This document shows, piece by piece, positions 1-11,035 of a stretch of DNA of 64,000 bases. The notes under the pieces are model-generated. The model was not told where the DNA came from. It worked only from the letters and a program-made list of their open reading frames with translations, and did not search any database. The stretch is from an uncultured Alphaproteobacteria bacterium (GTDB taxonomy: Bacteria; Pseudomonadota; Alphaproteobacteria; Rickettsiales; JALZUV01), in NCBI GenBank assembly GCA_963837025.1, contig CAWILT010000001.1, positions 273,155-337,154 on the forward strand, in the 5' to 3' direction. The position numbers were made by a program, and so were the translations under genes. Within the stretch, counting starts at the first letter, position 1. The number at the start of each line of letters is the position of its first letter.

Positions 1-1029
1 TGCAATATCTAACGCTTTGCCCGCATTATTACGCTTGATGATTGAAATTGTTTCGGGAATTAATATTCCCTCATCCAACATACGCCCCACACGTAAACAT
101 GCTTGCAAACCTAAGGCAATTTCAGTTAGCATATCGGCCATCTTCTTTTGGGGTAGCTGGTTGGCGGCTAAAGGTCGGCCAAATTGTTCACGTTCTAATG
201 TATAGGTTCGTGCGGCTTGCAAACAAAATTCCGCTGCACCCATCGTGCCCCAACCAATTCCATAACGCGCTTTATTCAAGCAGCTAAACGGTCCTTTTAA
301 GCCGGTTACATTTAAGCGATTTTCTACCGGAACGTGCACATTATCCATTACAATTTCACCCGTAATAGATGCGCACAGTGATAATTTACCTTTCAACTCA
401 GGCGCAGTAAGCCCCTTCATCGATTTTTCAAGCACAAATCCGCTAATTGTACCATCTGCCACGTCGCTATCACCATATACTTTGCCCCAAACAACAAACA
501 CATCTGCAATAGGCGAGTTAGTAATCCAAATTTTATTGCCCGTTAGCGTGTAATGATCGCCTTTGCGTGTAGCGCGAGTTTTCATACTCCCAGGGTCTGA
601 TCCGTGGTCAGGCTCAGTTAAACCAAAGCAGCCAATCAACTCGCCTGTTGCAAGCTTGGGTAAATACTTATCCTTTAAAGCATCAGAGCCAAATTCATCA
701 ATCGGGTGCATTACTAAACTAGATTGCACCGAAAGGGCGGAGCGATATCCGCTATCTACCCATTCAATTTCACGCGCAATGAGTCCATAGGCCACATGGC
801 TAGCGCCAGCGCATCCATATCCGTTAATTGTGGAGCCTAGTAAGCCATGTTCGCCCATTTCGCGCATAATAGCGGGGTCGAAGTAATGATTGCGGTTAGC
901 TTCAATGATGTCTGGAAATAATTTGTTGCGAAAGTAGTTGCGCGCCGTATCGCGAATCATACGCTCTTCATCGGTTAGTTGATCTTCTAATAAAAAAGGA
1001 TCTTCCCAATTAACTGCCTGAATTTTCAT
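1..1029 (-). CDS. gcdH: glutaryl-CoA dehydrogenase (acyl-CoA dehydrogenase family); C-terminus cut by window edge
   Basis: Absent from the ORF track because it runs off the window. My translation from the ATG (complement of 1027-1029) is open for all 343 codons: [33 protein letters not shown]...[21 protein letters not shown]...[14 protein letters not shown]. These are typical ACAD/GCDH motifs. Confidence 0.8.
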   Translation of the reverse strand, partial: MKIQAVNWEDPFLLEDQLTDEERMIRDTARNYFRNKLFPDIIEANRNHYFDPAIMREMGEHGLLGSTINGYGCAGASHVAYGLIAREIEWVDSGYRSALSVQSSLVMHPIDEFGSDALKDKYLPKLATGELIGCFGLTEPDHGSDPGSMKTRATRKGDHYTLTGNKIWITNSPIADVFVVWGKVYGDSDVADGTISGFVLEKSMKGLTAPELKGKLSLCASITGEIVMDNVHVPVENRLNVTGLKGPFSCLNKARYGIGWGTMGAAEFCLQAARTYTLEREQFGRPLAANQLPQKKMADMLTEIALGLQACLRVGRMLDEGILIPETISIIKRNNAGKALDIA

Positions 1030-1037
1030 AATGTGCC

Positions 1038-1304
1038 TTATACAATCAAATTAAGAATAGATCCGCGATCTAGGATTCTGCCTGCGGTTTGCGCATCTTG
1101 CGCGCGGCTGATGAGGCGGTCAAGCGCATCATCTGTAGGCACAATATTGAGTGGAGCCTTAGCATTATTAACACGTTGCGCATTGCTATTGGTATTTTGT
1201 GATTGGTTAAGCCGCTCTTGTTGCTGCCGATTATCCGGACGCTGTTGTTGCGTATCCGTCGGGCGGCTAATAGGAATGGGTAAGAAATTTGGAATATCAA
1301 CCAT
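1038..1304 (-). CDS. hypothetical Gln/Asn-rich small protein
   Basis: 88-aa ORF, co-oriented with gcdH and 9 nt upstream of it. It is more plausible than the Cys/Arg-rich antisense ORF 1033-1317. No recognisable domain. Confidence 0.35.
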   Translation of the reverse strand: MVDIPNFLPIPISRPTDTQQQRPDNRQQQERLNQSQNTNSNAQRVNNAKAPLNIVPTDDALDRLISRAQDAQTAGRILDRGSILNLIV

Positions 1305-1356
1305 GCTCTATATATAAGGCTAACCCAACGCTATAACAATGGGTTTTGACGAAAAA

Positions 1357-2214
1357 TTATGTATCTAACCAGTTTTTTACACTGATAACCTGTTCATTAT
1401 TCATAAAAGCAGGCGCATGAGCACAATTCTTAAACTCAATTAAACGAGCATTCGGTTTATTCTTCACCATTATCTGCGCCATTTCACGTGGTAAATAGGA
1501 TGAAAATTCACCGCGTATCAATAAAACGGGGCAGCTTATGGCTTCCCAATAAGGGCTTAAGCTAAAATCTTCTTTCATCGTTAATTCACCGGCTTTATCA
1601 CTTAATGGCGCTAATATTTGGGGGTCATAGAGCAAATCATACCCACCATTAACATTTGTCTTAAAGCTGTGATTAAAAAAATGTGCCCACTGCCATTCTT
1701 CAGTTAATCCAAAACCGGCGTAACATTTGCGCAAATACTGCATGGCCGCTTCTTTATTGGGATGATGCATATGATGGCCAACATAGTCTTTCAACCCCTG
1801 CATCATTTCGACACTTATCGTTATTCCAATATCATTAATCACTATTTTGCGAAAGAACTGCGGCACGGATGCGCCCAGCAAATTACCCAAAATACCGCCC
1901 ATGGATGTGCCAATCCAATCCATTTGCTTTAAACCAAAATGGTCAAATAAATACAGAATATCAGCAATATAGGTTTCATATTGGTACGATTGTTTATCAT
2001 CTAGCCAATCGCTATATCCGCGCCCCGCCATATCGGGTGCATATACATCACGATCATGGCATAAGGTTGATGCTATAACATCAAAATCGCGCCCATTGCG
2101 GGTTAATCCATGCACACAAAATACAGGTGGTTTACTCGGCTTTGCTGATTTCCAAACGGCACAAGATAGGTTACGCCCTGAAATAGTGATGGAATGTATC
2201 TCGGGCAGAATCAC
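1357..2214 (-). CDS. alpha/beta-fold hydrolase
   Basis: 285 aa. Has the HGLTRNGRDFD oxyanion region and the GTSMGG nucleophile elbow (GxSxG). Confidence 0.8.
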   Translation of the reverse strand: MILPEIHSITISGRNLSCAVWKSAKPSKPPVFCVHGLTRNGRDFDVIASTLCHDRDVYAPDMAGRGYSDWLDDKQSYQYETYIADILYLFDHFGLKQMDWIGTSMGGILGNLLGASVPQFFRKIVINDIGITISVEMMQGLKDYVGHHMHHPNKEAAMQYLRKCYAGFGLTEEWQWAHFFNHSFKTNVNGGYDLLYDPQILAPLSDKAGELTMKEDFSLSPYWEAISCPVLLIRGEFSSYLPREMAQIMVKNKPNARLIEFKNCAHAPAFMNNEQVISVKNWLDT

Positions 2215-3471
2215 CTATAAATAACGTGCTAAGTTTAACCCATCAAGGCTAATTTCGGTGGGCTTATGTTCCAGCGAATCTGCCAGCAAGTAGGCGCTGC
2301 CAGCAGCTTGTGTCCAGCCCAGCGTTCCGTGCCCAGTATTTAAATAAAGGTTAATTAATGGTGTTTTACCAATGATAGGTGGGCCATCGGGCGTCGAGGG
2401 GCGCAAACATGCCCATTCAGTCAACACGGCATCCTCGCCCTCAATTGCCTTGGGGAATAATTTTTGTACGGCGCGCTTTATAGCATCAACCCGCTTCATA
2501 TTTAAGGTATTATCATATCCTGCAAACTCAGCCGTTCCAGCAACGCGCAATCGCGTGCCTAGACCACTATAAACAATTTTTGCTTTTTGATCGGTCACGC
2601 TTATTTTTGGGGCATATTCATTGCTTTTAAAGGTAATACTATATCCCTTCATGGGATAGATAGGCACATTAATCCCAACATCTTTCAATAATAATGGGCT
2701 ATAAGAGCCAAGGGATAACACATAATTATCGGCTGTAAATTCGCCTTTATCCGTTTGAACCGCCACAATTTTGTCATTCTTTTTCACTAATCCAGTGATG
2801 GTCGTATTATAATGAAATTTTACACCCAAATCGCTTTGGCATAATGCCGCCAATTGCGATGTAAACTGAAAAATATCACCCGATTCATCTTGATGTGCAT
2901 GGATGCCTGCCACCAATTTATAATCACTATGATGTAGGGCGGGTTCTAATGCTAAGCACTCGTCGCGCGTTTTGAACGTTTCCTCGCAACCAAATTTTTC
3001 CTGAAAATGAGCCTGCTTTTTAGCCGCTTCAAAATCTTTTTCGTTACAAAAAATATGCAAAATGCCTTCGCGTTTATAGTCAAAACTTAAATTAGTTTCT
3101 GCATGTAATTTTTGCATCATTTTTCGGCTATAAAGGCCTAATTTCAACATAGTGACAGTATTAGCTTCAGCTTTGCTTGTCGTGCAGTTGCTTAAAAAAT
3201 TTAATCCCCATTTAAACATATCCAAATCCCAACGCGGGCGCATCACCAAGGGTGCTGTATCATCAAACATCCATTTAAATACTTTTGGCAAAGTGCCAGG
3301 ATTCGCCCAAGGTTCCGCATGGCTATAACTTAATTGCCCGCCATTTGCATAACTGGTTTCCGCAGCAGCATGCGGTGCGCGATCAATTACCTCAACATCA
3401 TATCCACGTTTAGCAAGTACATAAGCCGTAGTAACACCAATTACACCTGAACCTAAAATAAGAATTTTCAT
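2215..3471 (-). CDS. dadA: FAD-dependent D-amino-acid dehydrogenase
   Basis: 418 aa. N-terminal Rossmann motif MKILILGSGVIGVTTAYVLAKRGYDVEVIDR, DadA-like length and C-terminus. Abuts the preceding hydrolase gene. Confidence 0.75.
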   Translation of the reverse strand: MKILILGSGVIGVTTAYVLAKRGYDVEVIDRAPHAAAETSYANGGQLSYSHAEPWANPGTLPKVFKWMFDDTAPLVMRPRWDLDMFKWGLNFLSNCTTSKAEANTVTMLKLGLYSRKMMQKLHAETNLSFDYKREGILHIFCNEKDFEAAKKQAHFQEKFGCEETFKTRDECLALEPALHHSDYKLVAGIHAHQDESGDIFQFTSQLAALCQSDLGVKFHYNTTITGLVKKNDKIVAVQTDKGEFTADNYVLSLGSYSPLLLKDVGINVPIYPMKGYSITFKSNEYAPKISVTDQKAKIVYSGLGTRLRVAGTAEFAGYDNTLNMKRVDAIKRAVQKLFPKAIEGEDAVLTEWACLRPSTPDGPPIIGKTPLINLYLNTGHGTLGWTQAAGSAYLLADSLEHKPTEISLDGLNLARYL

Positions 3472-3513
3472 GCTATGTTAATGCCTCGTTGGTCAGCGGG
3501 TTGCAAGGGGAGT

Positions 3514-4020
3514 TTATAGAATTATTTTAGCCGCTTCAAGCACGTGGCGAGCGTGATCTTTAACCGAAACTTTAGGCCAGCTTTGTGCAATTTTACCTTC
3601 ACCATTAATAAGGAAGGTCGCGCGCTGGATGCCCATATATTTTTTTCCATACATTGATTTTTCTATCCAAACACCATAACGCTCACACACATCACCATAC
3701 TCATCCGATAATAAATCAAAATTAAAATCATATTTGCACGCAAACGTGTCATGTTTTTTTGTTGAGCATTTTGAAACGCCAATAATAACCGTATTAGCGT
3801 GATCAAACTCCTGTTTTAAATCACGAAAATCCTTGCCCTCAGTGGTGCAGCCTGGCGTATCATCTTTCGGATAAAAATAGAGCACCACATTCTTACCTTT
3901 AAAATCGGATAGCGATACGGTTTCGCCTTTAGCATTAGGTAATGAAAATTCCGGTGCCACATCGCCAACTTGAGGTTGTGGCTCTGCGTGGGTTACAGCA
4001 GCTTTATCTACAATACTCAT
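3514..4020 (-). CDS. bcp: thiol peroxidase / peroxiredoxin Bcp
   Basis: Peroxiredoxin motif [14 protein letters not shown] prefer the start at MSIVDK (ATG is the complement of 4018-4020), which overlaps the glnE stop as ATGA. The 189-aa track ORF carries a spurious N-terminal extension. Confidence 0.85.
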   Translation of the reverse strand: MSIVDKAAVTHAEPQPQVGDVAPEFSLPNAKGETVSLSDFKGKNVVLYFYPKDDTPGCTTEGKDFRDLKQEFDHANTVIIGVSKCSTKKHDTFACKYDFNFDLLSDEYGDVCERYGVWIEKSMYGKKYMGIQRATFLINGEGKIAQSWPKVSVKDHARHVLEAAKIIL

Positions 4021-6857
4021 GTATAATCTCCAATTAATTGAACAAAGTAAGTATAACTTTGTTTCTGATGGTTTCGCAAACATTCTCTCACGGCATTAAA
4101 ATCTTTTAATCCTAAGCTTCGGGCAAAAATCAGTTTTAGTCCTCCTGAAAATTCTTGCTCTCTCGCCTCAACATGGCAAAGCCTTAAAATAAGTTGGATT
4201 GTTTGTTGAAAGTGTAAAGCCGCTATCAAATCACGCGCTACATCTTTTTCAATTATATTTAATATAGAGGCTTTTTTTATTATCACCTCTATATCCGCAT
4301 TCAAAAGTTCAGGATGTTTCTTGCTATGCAAAAGAGCTGAAACATGCGCAACAAAATTGATATCAATCAATCCGCCTTTGCCCTGTTTTACTTGCCATTC
4401 TTTTGACTGTGAATGTGCCTGCCAAAGTCTTTTGCGCATTTCCAGTGCATCATCAATTACTTTGTCAGGAGCAATTGGTTTTAGCGATAGTTTATGTAGC
4501 AATGCAGAGGTTTGTTCTGCGCTTTGGCTGTTTGTGGAAAATACGCAGCGATTTTTTAACAAAGCCATGCGCTCAAAAACCCAAGCATCTTGTTCGTAAT
4601 AGCGTTTAAATGCCGTAAAACTTATAGCCAGTGGACTATCTTTACCTGCAGGCCTCAAACGATCATCCACATCGTAAAGCCGGCCTTCCGATGTCATTGC
4701 CGTTAACTGACCAATAATACGTTGAGCTAAGCGATTATAATATCCCGACAGACCTAGCGATCGCTCGCCATTTGATTCGGCCATTGGATTGGGTGCGTCA
4801 TATAAAAACAATAAATCCAAATCAGAGCCGAAAGACAATTTTTGTGATCCTAACCGCCCTAAAGCAACAATGCTAAATTTTGCATCCTTAATCACACCAT
4901 ATTGTTCTTCAAACTTTTCAATTACTATAGAGCTTAACGCTTCAATCGCATTATCAGCAATTTTACTTAAAACCGGCATAGCCGCAAGCGGGTTAAACGT
5001 TCCAGCTAGAATTTGGCAGCCCATCACAAATTCATGCTCGCACCGATAACGCGCCAGCCAAGTTGCCGCTTCATCGGGACGATGGCTAGATATGCGGTAT
5101 TCCTTAATAGGTTGTAACGATTCTTTGGATAAATGCGTGTTTGCGCCTAGCGATAATAATGCGTCCATCCAATCAGGATGCTTATTTAAATAGCTCGCTA
5201 ATTGAGGCGCATTCCCAATTATCTGAATTAAAATCTGATGTAGTGAGAGATTATTGTAGAGCAGCGAAAGCAACATTACACCAGATGGCAATTCAGAGAA
5301 AAATTTACTAAACCTGTTAAATGTTTCATCCGCATCGGTTTGTTGCCCGATGGTTTTTAATAGTCGTGGAGTGAGTTCGGTTAATAATTCACGTGCACGG
5401 ACTGATCGCATAGCCGCGATAGATCCCCGATGCCATTGTTGAATCGTGTGGCTGACAAATTCAGGTTGCTTAAAACCCATTTCACGCAACGTATCAAGCG
5501 TGCCTTCATCATGGCTAACACCTGTAAAAGATAATTTACCATCTCCGGCTAGCGATTCACCCTCATTAAAACATTCGCTGTAAATCTGATGCGTTTGACG
5601 CGCAATCATGCTGATATTCTCGTCAAATTGCGCCAAAGTATCAAATCCGCTAAAGTAGGCTAATCGCGTGCGTTCGCCCTCATCATCTGGCAATTTATGT
5701 GTTTGGGCATCATAAAGCATTTGTAAACGGTGTTCATAATGGCGCAACAAGGTATAATTACGCTTTAATATGTTTGCTTCCTTATTCGTTAGCAATTTCA
5801 TTTCTGATAACGTATTGTAAGATTGTAGCGTTTGGCGTGATCGTAACTCTACGTGTCGGCCACCCCATATAAGCTGATGAATTTGCGCTAAAAATTCAAT
5901 TTCACGAATTCCACCAATCCCTTTTTTTAAATCAAATCCTGCAACTTTCAGTGTTTGGTTATCAAAAACCTTATCCATTTGCCTTTTGATAGATTGGATA
6001 TCGTTAATCGCCGCAAAATCGAGGCTTTTACGCCAAATAAAAGGTTTTAAATCCTTTAAAAAAGCCTCGCCAGCCATTAAATCTCCTGCAATTGCTCTCG
6101 CTTTAATAAAAGCTGCACGCTCCCAATTCTGGCCGACACTTTCATAATAACGGATGGCGGCATGCGTGTTGATAATGAGTGGTGTGCTGGAGGGGTCGGG
6201 TCGCAAGCGTAAATCTATCCGAAATACATAACCATCTTCGGTACGCTCTTGCATCAATCTTACTAAATCTTGTGCAAAGCGATTTAATAATTTGGGTAGC
6301 GGTTTATCATTGCCAATCGCTAGTTTTGAAGGGTCAAATAATAGCACCAAATCTACATCGCTCGAATAGTTGAGTTCATAACCGCCAAGCTTTCCTAAAG
6401 CTAAAATGATTATTCCCGATTCCTGTAATCCTTTTACAAACTGCAATTGATGTTGGTTTTCATAATGTTGCAAAAGATAATCTACACAAATGTTTAGTGT
6501 GTACTCAGCAACTTCACTCAATGCACTCGTGGTATGCTCTAAGTCCCACTCGCCTCGAATATCGGCTAATGCGATAATCAATGCAGCCTTGTTTTTATAA
6601 TTGCGCAATTGCTTCATTAGGTTTGCATCATCACTAGTGCCAATGGTGAGTTTTTCTAGCGCAGCAAAACAATTATCCGCACCCGTTTTGAAGAAATCGA
6701 AAACTAAATCAGCGTATTTTTCTATTAGCTTAGCAAGGTAAGGCGAGCAGCCTATGACATGCTGCAGAAAAACATACTGTTTTGCTTCTAAAGTTGAAAA
6801 TGCTGATGGCATTACGATTGGCGTAAAGCTTTGTGTCACAGGTGAGAGATGAATCAT
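4017..6857 (-). CDS. glnE: bifunctional glutamine synthetase adenylyltransferase / adenylyl-removing enzyme
   Basis: 946 aa with two nucleotidyltransferase halves ([20 protein letters not shown] and [21 protein letters not shown]), typical of GlnE. Confidence 0.9.
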   Translation of the reverse strand: MIHLSPVTQSFTPIVMPSAFSTLEAKQYVFLQHVIGCSPYLAKLIEKYADLVFDFFKTGADNCFAALEKLTIGTSDDANLMKQLRNYKNKAALIIALADIRGEWDLEHTTSALSEVAEYTLNICVDYLLQHYENQHQLQFVKGLQESGIIILALGKLGGYELNYSSDVDLVLLFDPSKLAIGNDKPLPKLLNRFAQDLVRLMQERTEDGYVFRIDLRLRPDPSSTPLIINTHAAIRYYESVGQNWERAAFIKARAIAGDLMAGEAFLKDLKPFIWRKSLDFAAINDIQSIKRQMDKVFDNQTLKVAGFDLKKGIGGIREIEFLAQIHQLIWGGRHVELRSRQTLQSYNTLSEMKLLTNKEANILKRNYTLLRHYEHRLQMLYDAQTHKLPDDEGERTRLAYFSGFDTLAQFDENISMIARQTHQIYSECFNEGESLAGDGKLSFTGVSHDEGTLDTLREMGFKQPEFVSHTIQQWHRGSIAAMRSVRARELLTELTPRLLKTIGQQTDADETFNRFSKFFSELPSGVMLLSLLYNNLSLHQILIQIIGNAPQLASYLNKHPDWMDALLSLGANTHLSKESLQPIKEYRISSHRPDEAATWLARYRCEHEFVMGCQILAGTFNPLAAMPVLSKIADNAIEALSSIVIEKFEEQYGVIKDAKFSIVALGRLGSQKLSFGSDLDLLFLYDAPNPMAESNGERSLGLSGYYNRLAQRIIGQLTAMTSEGRLYDVDDRLRPAGKDSPLAISFTAFKRYYEQDAWVFERMALLKNRCVFSTNSQSAEQTSALLHKLSLKPIAPDKVIDDALEMRKRLWQAHSQSKEWQVKQGKGGLIDINFVAHVSALLHSKKHPELLNADIEVIIKKASILNIIEKDVARDLIAALHFQQTIQLILRLCHVEAREQEFSGGLKLIFARSLGLKDFNAVRECLRNHQKQSYTYFVQLIGDYT

Positions 6858-6928
6858 AAGGCTTAGTAAGCATCCAATTGAGTTACGGCTTTAATTAGAG
6901 TAGTTAATCTACTACTACTCAAAATCTC

Positions 6929-9900
6929 ATGATTAAACAAATCTTCATCTGGTTTGACACGTTTTTAGCCACGCTTTTAGCGATTGTGCTATTGGCAATC
7001 ATTGGCGGTTATGCATGGCTTAGTTACAAACCTCGTGATATCTCGCAGCATGTGCCGCAAATTCTCAGCTATTTAAATATCGATACTAAAGAATATGGCA
7101 TTAAGATAGCTTATCAAAAAGTATTATTAAAAAATGCGGGGTTGTCAGCTCCTCTAATGCTACAGGTTGAAGGTTTTCAGGTTAAAAATCTTCAGGGTGC
7201 CAATGTTTTAAAAGTGCCAAAACTACGTTTAACGCCAAGCTTTCAGGGATTATTAAATGGGCGTTTAATAGCTGCAAATTTAGAAATTAGTGGTGCCAAG
7301 TTAGATATTAATCAAAATGAATTTGGCGAATATTTTTTGCAATCCAGCACAAATGCCGCCCCCTTAGCGCTGGCTGACCTTATGAATGATGAGCGCTCAA
7401 CAACTCCATCATCCAAAAGAAATGCATTTAACCTCAAGTCAATACTTGAATTAGGATTTGAGAACATCTCAGTAATTGACGCAAGAACGCATTATTCAAG
7501 TGCATTAAGTCAAACAAATTTCGTTATTCCTTCGCTATCATTCACTATAAATTCAGCGTTAATTAAACAAGAAGTTCGGGGCAATTTAATTGCTCGCTAT
7601 CAAAACTCCCTCAACCAGCGCGCGCTATTACAAGCGAATTTCACCTATCTTCATCGAACTCAGGAGCTTGAAGGTAATGTAAATCTTGTTCAGGTAATAT
7701 TATCAGAATATTCAACCCTAGCACCTCAGTTAGCTAATTTAAACGCATTAGCTTTTCCGTTAACCGGTCGAGCGGATATTTCCTTAACGTTACCCGAGCA
7801 AATAAGAGCGATTGATTTTGATTTGGTAAGCCCTGAGATGGCAAATCTATCCGTAGCGGGAACAATAAGCGGAACATTTAATGCAATATTTTCTGTCGTT
7901 AAAGGCTCACTAGAAACGTTTGATATTGAATTCCTAAAGAATCATTGGCCTACTAATGTAGCGCCAGATGCTTATGACTGGATAAAACGCTCTATAAAGA
8001 AAGCCATCGTTAGTAATGCCGAGTTTAATATTGATATTAAACCCGATAGTTTTTCACAGCCTGTCGTTTCTGCCGAAGTGGTTAAAGCCATTTTAGATGT
8101 TGAAGATGCGGAAATTGATTATGTTAAAGGTTTTCCATTAGCTAAAAAAGCGAGTGGCCGCGTCATCATGGCGGGGCAAAGTTTTAAAGCCGAAATTGAC
8201 GAAGTCTCGATGTTATCAGGCACACATTTAACGCCCAAAAGCCCACAAGCAACCATATTCATTCCCGATTTATTGATTGAAAATATTGAAATTATCATTG
8301 ATGTTCCACTCATATCTCCCTTGCGCGATGTAATTCGATTTTTAGAGTCCACCCCCTATAAAGTGCCTTCTGATTTCCCGCTTAATGCCGCAAAATTACA
8401 GGGTGAATTAGAGGGTAAATTGGTGATGAAAGTGCTTGATAGAATCTCCCCGGCTGAAGATGAGGTTGATTTTAAACTTGATGGAAATCTACGCGATGTA
8501 AGTTATTCTGCATTGGTTCCTGATGTGGATTTGACCCAGTTAAATGGCACCCTTCAAGCAAATAATCAGGGTGTTAAACTGGAAAGCCAAGGCCAGTGGA
8601 ATAAACGCAAATTTACTGCAAATGTTCATGCTGAACCCCATGTTACGCGCTACAAATATAAAGGAAACTTTCCTTATAAGTTAATGGGATTAGTTTCAAA
8701 TGATGCGGAAGAATATGCATCCGGCACAGCCGAAGTCGATGGTTCGCTGGTTTCCAATACATTACAGCTTGATGCTGATTTAACTGATTTAACTTACAAC
8801 CTGCCTTATGTGAATCTAACGAAAAACGCAGGCGTCAAATCTTCGCTTAGTTTAAAAGGTGATATTAGCAAATCGCAAATCAAACTTAATAAACTCGTAC
8901 TCTCAGATAATAACGTAACCTATGATGGATCGTTATCATTTAGCCGGTCGAGTGGCGATGTTCAAAAAGCTAGCTTCAACCCGCTTAAGTTAGGCAAAAC
9001 CACAGTTAGCGGCGATTATGCCAAACAAGCTGGGCAACATGTGCTTAACCTTAACGGGTCTAAACTTGATTTGGTGGCTTTAACAAAACTTAATGAGGAT
9101 ACAAAACAAGATGCTGACACAGGCATCTTTGATCAATTAGCTGACATTCCACCCGTAAAATTAGATATATCGCTCGATACAGTGTTGCTAGATGAAGGTG
9201 AATCGCTTAACGATGTGAAGCTCACCGCTAATTGCATAGCACAGCGTTGCAAAGCTTTCGATTTTTCGGGTTTATCAGCCGGTGTGCCCATTACCGCCAA
9301 AATTGGATCAATAAACGGAAAGCGCAACTTCACCGCTTCAATTCCAAATCTGGGTAGAGTTTTGCGCGATTTAGATATTTTTGATGATATGCGTAATGGC
9401 ATGCTTACGATAAACGCAGTCTATCAAGATGATCTTCCAAACCGCCCCATGGTAGGACGTTTACATATTGATAAATTCAACGTTCGCGATGTGCCGTTGC
9501 TAGCCCGATTATTAACCGTAGCTACCTTCACCGGCGTATTAGATAGTCTTTCAGGGGGTGGCATGTATTTTGAAGAATTAGAATTGCCATTCCGTTATGA
9601 CACCCAATCAATCGATATCACTAATGCTAAAGCAGTAGGCCCCTCGATTGGGGTAACTGCAAAGGGCAGTTATCAGGTCAAGGCCGATAAAATTGAAATG
9701 GATGGTGTGCTTATTCCCGCAAAATTATTTGACACCGTGCTAAGCGGCATCCCCATCATTGGCAATGTATATGATGCAATAACAGGCGGACAGGGGCTTA
9801 TTGCACTCAATTACTCAATGCGTGGCAAAAGTGATAATTTGAATGTAACAGTAAATCCACTTTCGGCGCTAACACCTGGTTTTCTGCGCGGGTTATTTAA

Positions 9901-10135
9901 TATGGGCGCTGAGCAATCCCAAGAATCTAAAGAAGGTGCGCAAGAGGCTAAAGAGGCGGTAAAGCAAGCGCAAGATGAGCTCGATAAAATGGAATCTATC
10001 AACGATGATAACGCTAAGACAACTCCCACAACCTTACCTCAATCAGAGTCGCCTATCGCAAATGATAATAACCTGCCAGACCGCTTCCAACCTAACGCAG
10101 ATACCCGTCGAAAACGCTCATTAAACAACAAATAA
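6929..10135 (+). CDS. AsmA/YhdP-like (DUF3971-type) large envelope protein
   Basis: 1068 aa with an N-terminal TM anchor (FLATLLAIVLLAIIGGYAWL) and a long beta-rich body. The C-terminal region (GVLIPAKLFDTVLSGIPIIGNV...LNYSMRG) resembles AsmA-family C-termini. Family assignment is from memory. Confidence 0.55.
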   Translation: MIKQIFIWFDTFLATLLAIVLLAIIGGYAWLSYKPRDISQHVPQILSYLNIDTKEYGIKIAYQKVLLKNAGLSAPLMLQVEGFQVKNLQGANVLKVPKLRLTPSFQGLLNGRLIAANLEISGAKLDINQNEFGEYFLQSSTNAAPLALADLMNDERSTTPSSKRNAFNLKSILELGFENISVIDARTHYSSALSQTNFVIPSLSFTINSALIKQEVRGNLIARYQNSLNQRALLQANFTYLHRTQELEGNVNLVQVILSEYSTLAPQLANLNALAFPLTGRADISLTLPEQIRAIDFDLVSPEMANLSVAGTISGTFNAIFSVVKGSLETFDIEFLKNHWPTNVAPDAYDWIKRSIKKAIVSNAEFNIDIKPDSFSQPVVSAEVVKAILDVEDAEIDYVKGFPLAKKASGRVIMAGQSFKAEIDEVSMLSGTHLTPKSPQATIFIPDLLIENIEIIIDVPLISPLRDVIRFLESTPYKVPSDFPLNAAKLQGELEGKLVMKVLDRISPAEDEVDFKLDGNLRDVSYSALVPDVDLTQLNGTLQANNQGVKLESQGQWNKRKFTANVHAEPHVTRYKYKGNFPYKLMGLVSNDAEEYASGTAEVDGSLVSNTLQLDADLTDLTYNLPYVNLTKNAGVKSSLSLKGDISKSQIKLNKLVLSDNNVTYDGSLSFSRSSGDVQKASFNPLKLGKTTVSGDYAKQAGQHVLNLNGSKLDLVALTKLNEDTKQDADTGIFDQLADIPPVKLDISLDTVLLDEGESLNDVKLTANCIAQRCKAFDFSGLSAGVPITAKIGSINGKRNFTASIPNLGRVLRDLDIFDDMRNGMLTINAVYQDDLPNRPMVGRLHIDKFNVRDVPLLARLLTVATFTGVLDSLSGGGMYFEELELPFRYDTQSIDITNAKAVGPSIGVTAKGSYQVKADKIEMDGVLIPAKLFDTVLSGIPIIGNVYDAITGGQGLIALNYSMRGKSDNLNVTVNPLSALTPGFLRGLFNMGAEQSQESKEGAQEAKEAVKQAQDELDKMESINDDNAKTTPTTLPQSESPIANDNNLPDRFQPNADTRRKRSLNNK

Positions 10136-10183
10136 TCGCTCTTTCGTCATCAAGCTGTAACAGATAGGCTGTAGGTTTAGTTT

Positions 10184-11035
10184 ATGCTACTCAAACTCTA
10201 TTCAGCGTTAGGTGCCGTCCAATACGCCGTTTCGCCCAAGTTGGAAGGGGTAGGATATTGGGAAAAAATGGCTTTACGCTCTATGGGCGCAAAAAGCTAT
10301 CGCATCGCTAGTGCTGATGGAGATGCCGAAATTCTCGGCCAAATTCAAAATATCTATAAACTTGAGGGCATGGATAAAAAGCCAAAGGTTATCCTCTATG
10401 AACAAGATACACCTAACGCTGCATTTATTCACACCGGCACTATCGTTATATCGACTGGATTACTAAAACTATTAGATAAAGATGAACGCGAAACAGTACT
10501 AGCCCATGAAATTACGCATCAACAACAAAATGGATGGAATCTTGCTGCATTAGGCGCTTACATTGCCGCAACATATGCCGCCACCACCGCACTGGTCAAT
10601 CAGGTAAAAAGGAAAGTGCCCGACAAATTTAATGGCACATTATTCACCGTCAGCTTATTTGGTTTAGTTGGCTCAGCCGTTTCATATATCACGCAAATTC
10701 CTTTGTTCGCCCACAAACGCGCACAAGAATTTGATGCTGATAGAGGTGCAGCTTGGATAACAGGTAAACCCGATAAACTAATATCTGCTTTGCAAAAACT
10801 GGAACGTTACAGCGCACAAATGCAAGATGAGCAGCAATCCGAAATCCCCCATACCGATAAGCGTGTACCCGTAATGGGCATTCACAGCAAAGCAAGCAAA
10901 TCAGACGGCTCATTCACTTCCATGGTTAGCGAACTTTACTCAAGTCACCCACCAACAGATAGTCGAGTAGAGCGCTTAGAGGCAATTCGAGCCGAGCAAG
11001 AGGCGATGGGTGTTCATCATTTGCAGCGCAGTTAA
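10184..11035 (+). CDS. M48-family zinc metalloprotease (HtpX-like)
   Basis: HEITH (HExxH) motif, TM segments, and a downstream EFDADRGAA ... SSHPPTDSRVERL signature typical of peptidase M48. Confidence 0.75.
   Translation: MLLKLYSALGAVQYAVSPKLEGVGYWEKMALRSMGAKSYRIASADGDAEILGQIQNIYKLEGMDKKPKVILYEQDTPNAAFIHTGTIVISTGLLKLLDKDERETVLAHEITHQQQNGWNLAALGAYIAATYAATTALVNQVKRKVPDKFNGTLFTVSLFGLVGSAVSYITQIPLFAHKRAQEFDADRGAAWITGKPDKLISALQKLERYSAQMQDEQQSEIPHTDKRVPVMGIHSKASKSDGSFTSMVSELYSSHPPTDSRVERLEAIRAEQEAMGVHHLQRS

Noticed and set aside
1033-1317. Numerous 60-150-aa ORFs antisense to or overlapping long genes. Examples: 1033-1317 +, 4321-4609 +, 8119-8352 -, 13629-14003 +, 26558-27013 -, 28520-28870 +, 40413-40718 +, 43944-44204 -, 52700-52960 -.
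   Set aside because: These are shadow ORFs on the opposite strand of well-supported genes. They have biased, low-complexity or Cys/Arg/Ser-rich composition and no motifs.
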